Shown piece after piece: positions 61,030 through 64,000 of a stretch of 64,000 bases of DNA. How positions within the stretch are numbered: the stretch's first letter is position 1; the number at the start of each line of letters is the position of its first letter. The DNA lies in NCBI GenBank assembly GCA_022813865.1, contig JALDZX010000021.1:1-64000 (forward strand), given 5' to 3'. Source of the stretch: Xylographa opegraphella. Lineage: Eukaryota. The position numbers and the translations under genes were made by a program. The notes under the pieces were generated by a model. That model was not told the origin of the DNA. It was given only the letters and a program-made list of their open reading frames with translations, and made no database searches.

Positions 61030-63744
61030 ATGCTCGCAACATTCCGGGCGGGAGCGATAAAGTACGCGGCCGTTGAAACCAGTGATACGTCGGTCCTCAA
61101 GGACGAAGATTCGCCTATTGGCAAGGACAGCAACTTGGTCGCTTTGCCTGACGAAACTGCCCATCTTCCACGTACCAGCCTCGACGCTTCTCATAGCTCT
61201 CCGATCTACGCCCGTGTGTCGGGTCCCCTTGATGAGCATCCACCCATTCGGACTGTTTCTAGAGAAAGTTCAACGCGTTTACGCCATCCAACTCCGGACC
61301 TACAATCGCTACAAGGAGCTTATGTTGGAAATGTTGAACGATTGGAAGAAACTGCCGAGCGACTCAGTCTGAGCTCTGATATCGGAGAAGAGTTGAGAAA
61401 GATTAAGTCGGAGCAGAAACGGTCTGAAAGCCGAAGCTCGTCCATCAGAGCTGCACAAGTTGGTCAGAGCGCTTTACGTCCTTCGTTATCTCGACAATTT
61501 TCATCCACATCCAACCCATCAACTTCAATACAAGGAATCAACAGTCTTGCGAGATCGGGTGGCTTTTCGAATGGATATATTGCCTCACCCATAGGCTCGT
61601 TTCGTTCAATGTCATGGAGTCATCATTCTCCTCGTCCACGTCAAACCTCACAAGCTGATCGATTGTCTCGGGTGGAAGAGCCTGATCGGGAGGATCGACC
61701 ACGAGAAGCCGATCAGATGGAATTGGAAAGCTCTCCACGCCAATTACGAGTGACAAATCCTGAACGCAAGGAAACTCCGGTTGGTTTTCAGGACTCTGGG
61801 GAGGACCGACCACATGGGGATCTTCAACATGTTCAACAGCAGACTGTCGATACATTACTAGAACGGCCAACGACAGGTCTATCCACAGATACCTTTCAGC
61901 AAGGCATGCACCTTTTCGCTGACTTTGATGGAGTGCATCTACAGTCTGATCCTTGCCTCGCCACGACTCCTCATGAGCATCCTACTTTAAATCATCCTTC
62001 ATCGCTTCTACCAGTAGACCAGACTCCACCGCAAGGGAAACATCGATCGGCATTGGAGGCTCCTCTAGGCTCGGAAAATATGATTTATTATCCTGCTCCT
62101 GTACCTGTGATGCTGAACCTACCTCAAAAGTTATCAAAGAGGCCTCCTGCCTCACGTCGGGACCAGCGTAATTCGCAAATCAAGGACGCCATATTTGGGC
62201 AACGAGAGTCAACCATTGGGCCTCCAGAAGAGTCCGAGGAGCGAGAGAATGGTAATAACAGCCATTTAAACTTGTCTCGTCAAGAACTGGCTGCACTGCC
62301 TCCACAGTTGAGAGCCGAGATGTTCTTTGAGCACAAACCAATTCAACAAAATGTTACAATCAAAGGGGACTCGGCAGTAGCTACATTGGATAGCATTCTG
62401 GACGCTTCGGCTTTCGCACCGGTGAGCGCATTTGTTGACCACCCGATCGTAGGCCAGGTGGGTAAAGAAGTATATGGAAAGGTGACTGCGAGAAAAAGCA
62501 TGTTGGAACCACAAGAGTCGACGATAAATAAGAGGAGAAGCATGAGCTCTTTAAACATGTTGAAAGAGTGCCTAAGTAGTGCTACCTTGCTTGACGCGAA
62601 AAGTCGCAATGCTTCAATGGCGTCCGGAATCATAGTAGGAACCAGTGAGAGAGCTAAACCACATTCAGAGAACCGAGAGGTGTCTATTGCGTCAGAAGGC
62701 ACACAAAGAAGCAGCAGGATGGCAGGAGAAGAAGATCTAGATGACGAAGACTCGGATGTCGATTTAGCGCCTGAAGAAATGGAGCTCCCAGGTGACCACA
62801 ACGAGCCAATGGAAGAAGAAGAAGAAGATGCCATGTACACTGGAGCACCCACCACTCTTCTCGCAGAGCTACAACTTCGGAAGCAACAGCAGAAATTGCG
62901 TGTCCGAAATGCTGCCACAGATTTCCCCAATGGCATGCACTCCACCCTCCTCCAACTCGACGCCGTCGCGCAAGTGCAGAGACAGTCCCGCAAGCACAAA
63001 CACATCACGCTCGCGTGGGAAGACCCCCTAATACGAAACGCGACGGCAGAAAACGAAGCCGACGAGAACGTCCCCCTCGGCGTCCTCTACCCCAGCCACA
63101 AAACACCGCTTCACGAACCAGCCGGCTGGCACGACGAGGACCAACCCCTCGGCCTCATCGCCAAACGCGCCATGGAAGACAACGAGCCCCTCAGCCGCCG
63201 CCGCGCCCGCCTGAAAGGCGCCCCTACCGGCCCCAGAGACAGCACCTACACGCTCGACATCCCAGGCCTCACCACCCCTACCGCCGCCACCGAAACCGCA
63301 GACCCCGACACCGAGACCCTCGCCCAACGCCTGCGCCGCCTAAAAAGCCAAGGCCATCTCTCTCCCACAGCCCCCTACCCACAAGGCAGCGACCTCCTCC
63401 ACGACGTCCTCTCACCCTTCGGCGGCCCCCTCCCCCCTCCTCTCCCCAAAAACCGCGTGACGCCCGATCCGGACGAAACCCTCGGCCAGCGCCGCAAGCG
63501 CCTTCAAGCCGAGAAGGAAGCCGGCGCTGCTGCTGCTGCCCCGCAGCCGCGCTACAGCATGGCGGACATCCTGCACGCGCGCCGGCCTGGTGTACCCCGC
63601 TCCGCATCTTACACGTCGGCGCCGGCGCCGTATGTCAACCCGCTGGCCTATCAGGGCGTGCTGCCGCTGGGGAAGGAGCAGTTGGCGATCGAGCCGCGGC
63701 AGCGGGAGATGATTAATCGGTGGAGGCAGAGCGTGATGTATTAA
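61030..63744 (+). CDS. Fungal hypothetical protein, largely disordered
   Basis: ATG 61030, about 904 codons. Conserved-looking blocks IYYPAPVPVMLNLPQKLSK, LDSILDASAFAPVSAFVDHP, GAPTTLLAELQLRKQQQK, NGMHSTLLQLDAVA; repeated ETL(A/G)QR; ends INRWRQSVMY. Confidence 0.78.
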   Translation: MLATFRAGAIKYAAVETSDTSVLKDEDSPIGKDSNLVALPDETAHLPRTSLDASHSSPIYARVSGPLDEHPPIRTVSRESSTRLRHPTPDLQSLQGAYVGNVERLEETAERLSLSSDIGEELRKIKSEQKRSESRSSSIRAAQVGQSALRPSLSRQFSSTSNPSTSIQGINSLARSGGFSNGYIASPIGSFRSMSWSHHSPRPRQTSQADRLSRVEEPDREDRPREADQMELESSPRQLRVTNPERKETPVGFQDSGEDRPHGDLQHVQQQTVDTLLERPTTGLSTDTFQQGMHLFADFDGVHLQSDPCLATTPHEHPTLNHPSSLLPVDQTPPQGKHRSALEAPLGSENMIYYPAPVPVMLNLPQKLSKRPPASRRDQRNSQIKDAIFGQRESTIGPPEESEERENGNNSHLNLSRQELAALPPQLRAEMFFEHKPIQQNVTIKGDSAVATLDSILDASAFAPVSAFVDHPIVGQVGKEVYGKVTARKSMLEPQESTINKRRSMSSLNMLKECLSSATLLDAKSRNASMASGIIVGTSERAKPHSENREVSIASEGTQRSSRMAGEEDLDDEDSDVDLAPEEMELPGDHNEPMEEEEEDAMYTGAPTTLLAELQLRKQQQKLRVRNAATDFPNGMHSTLLQLDAVAQVQRQSRKHKHITLAWEDPLIRNATAENEADENVPLGVLYPSHKTPLHEPAGWHDEDQPLGLIAKRAMEDNEPLSRRRARLKGAPTGPRDSTYTLDIPGLTTPTAATETADPDTETLAQRLRRLKSQGHLSPTAPYPQGSDLLHDVLSPFGGPLPPPLPKNRVTPDPDETLGQRRKRLQAEKEAGAAAAAPQPRYSMADILHARRPGVPRSASYTSAPAPYVNPLAYQGVLPLGKEQLAIEPRQREMINRWRQSVMY

Positions 63745-64000
63745 GTATGGTGTGTATAGTATTGTGCTTATGCTTTATGGTCGGCGACATAGGGGAAGAG
63801 AGGGGTTGGGAGGAGGGGACTGTGTGGGGCGGTAATGGGGTCTGGTATGCGCCGTTTGCGGCAGCGTGCTGGCGAGGTAGTGCTTTTTGAGATACCCTGT
63901 GTAGTAACTATGATTTGCTTTACAGTGCTGGATGGTCGCGTACTTGTAGAGATAGTGGAGCAAACTCGTGCCCAGCGCACTGAGGACATAATGCACAGTC

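Noticed and set aside
1..64000. tRNA, rRNA, CRISPR arrays, secondary-metabolite cluster, Starship-type tyrosine recombinase
   Set aside because: No cloverleaf/T-loop context, regular repeat-spacer array, PKS/NRPS or recombinase motifs seen; small ncRNAs cannot be excluded by eye.

Overview
Gene-dense, intron-containing eukaryotic DNA from a filamentous ascomycete (inferred Pezizomycotina: 45-125 nt GT-AG introns with CTRAC/GCTAAC-type branch sites and fungal orthologues). I reconstructed about 23 protein genes by hand-splicing. Most are housekeeping: RRP42, a SNF2 helicase, NKP2/Cnl2, MCU, a Rid1-like GBD/FH3 protein, NRAMP/SMF, peroxisomal thiolase, an RraA-like aldolase, PSF3, GPI18, BLM10, ERG27, a CM1-motif protein and NTR1/TFIP11. 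Others encode secreted or surface proteins (lactonase-like beta-propeller, M35-like zinc protease, CFEM membrane protein). No tRNA, rRNA or CRISPR was seen. Most notable: (1) a head-to-tail pair of small, highly diverged paralogues of an unrecognised family (11.05-13.08 kb) sharing a W-rich motif and both intron positions, next to a ~7 kb island with no intact gene that seems to hold a large decayed gene; (2) recurrent strand-symmetric C-rich-to-G-rich skew switches near gene 3' ends that reshape protein composition; (3) single-base frameshifts in otherwise intact NKP2 and M35-like genes; (4) a scrambled Ty1/copia relic. All family assignments come from motif recognition by eye, not database searches.
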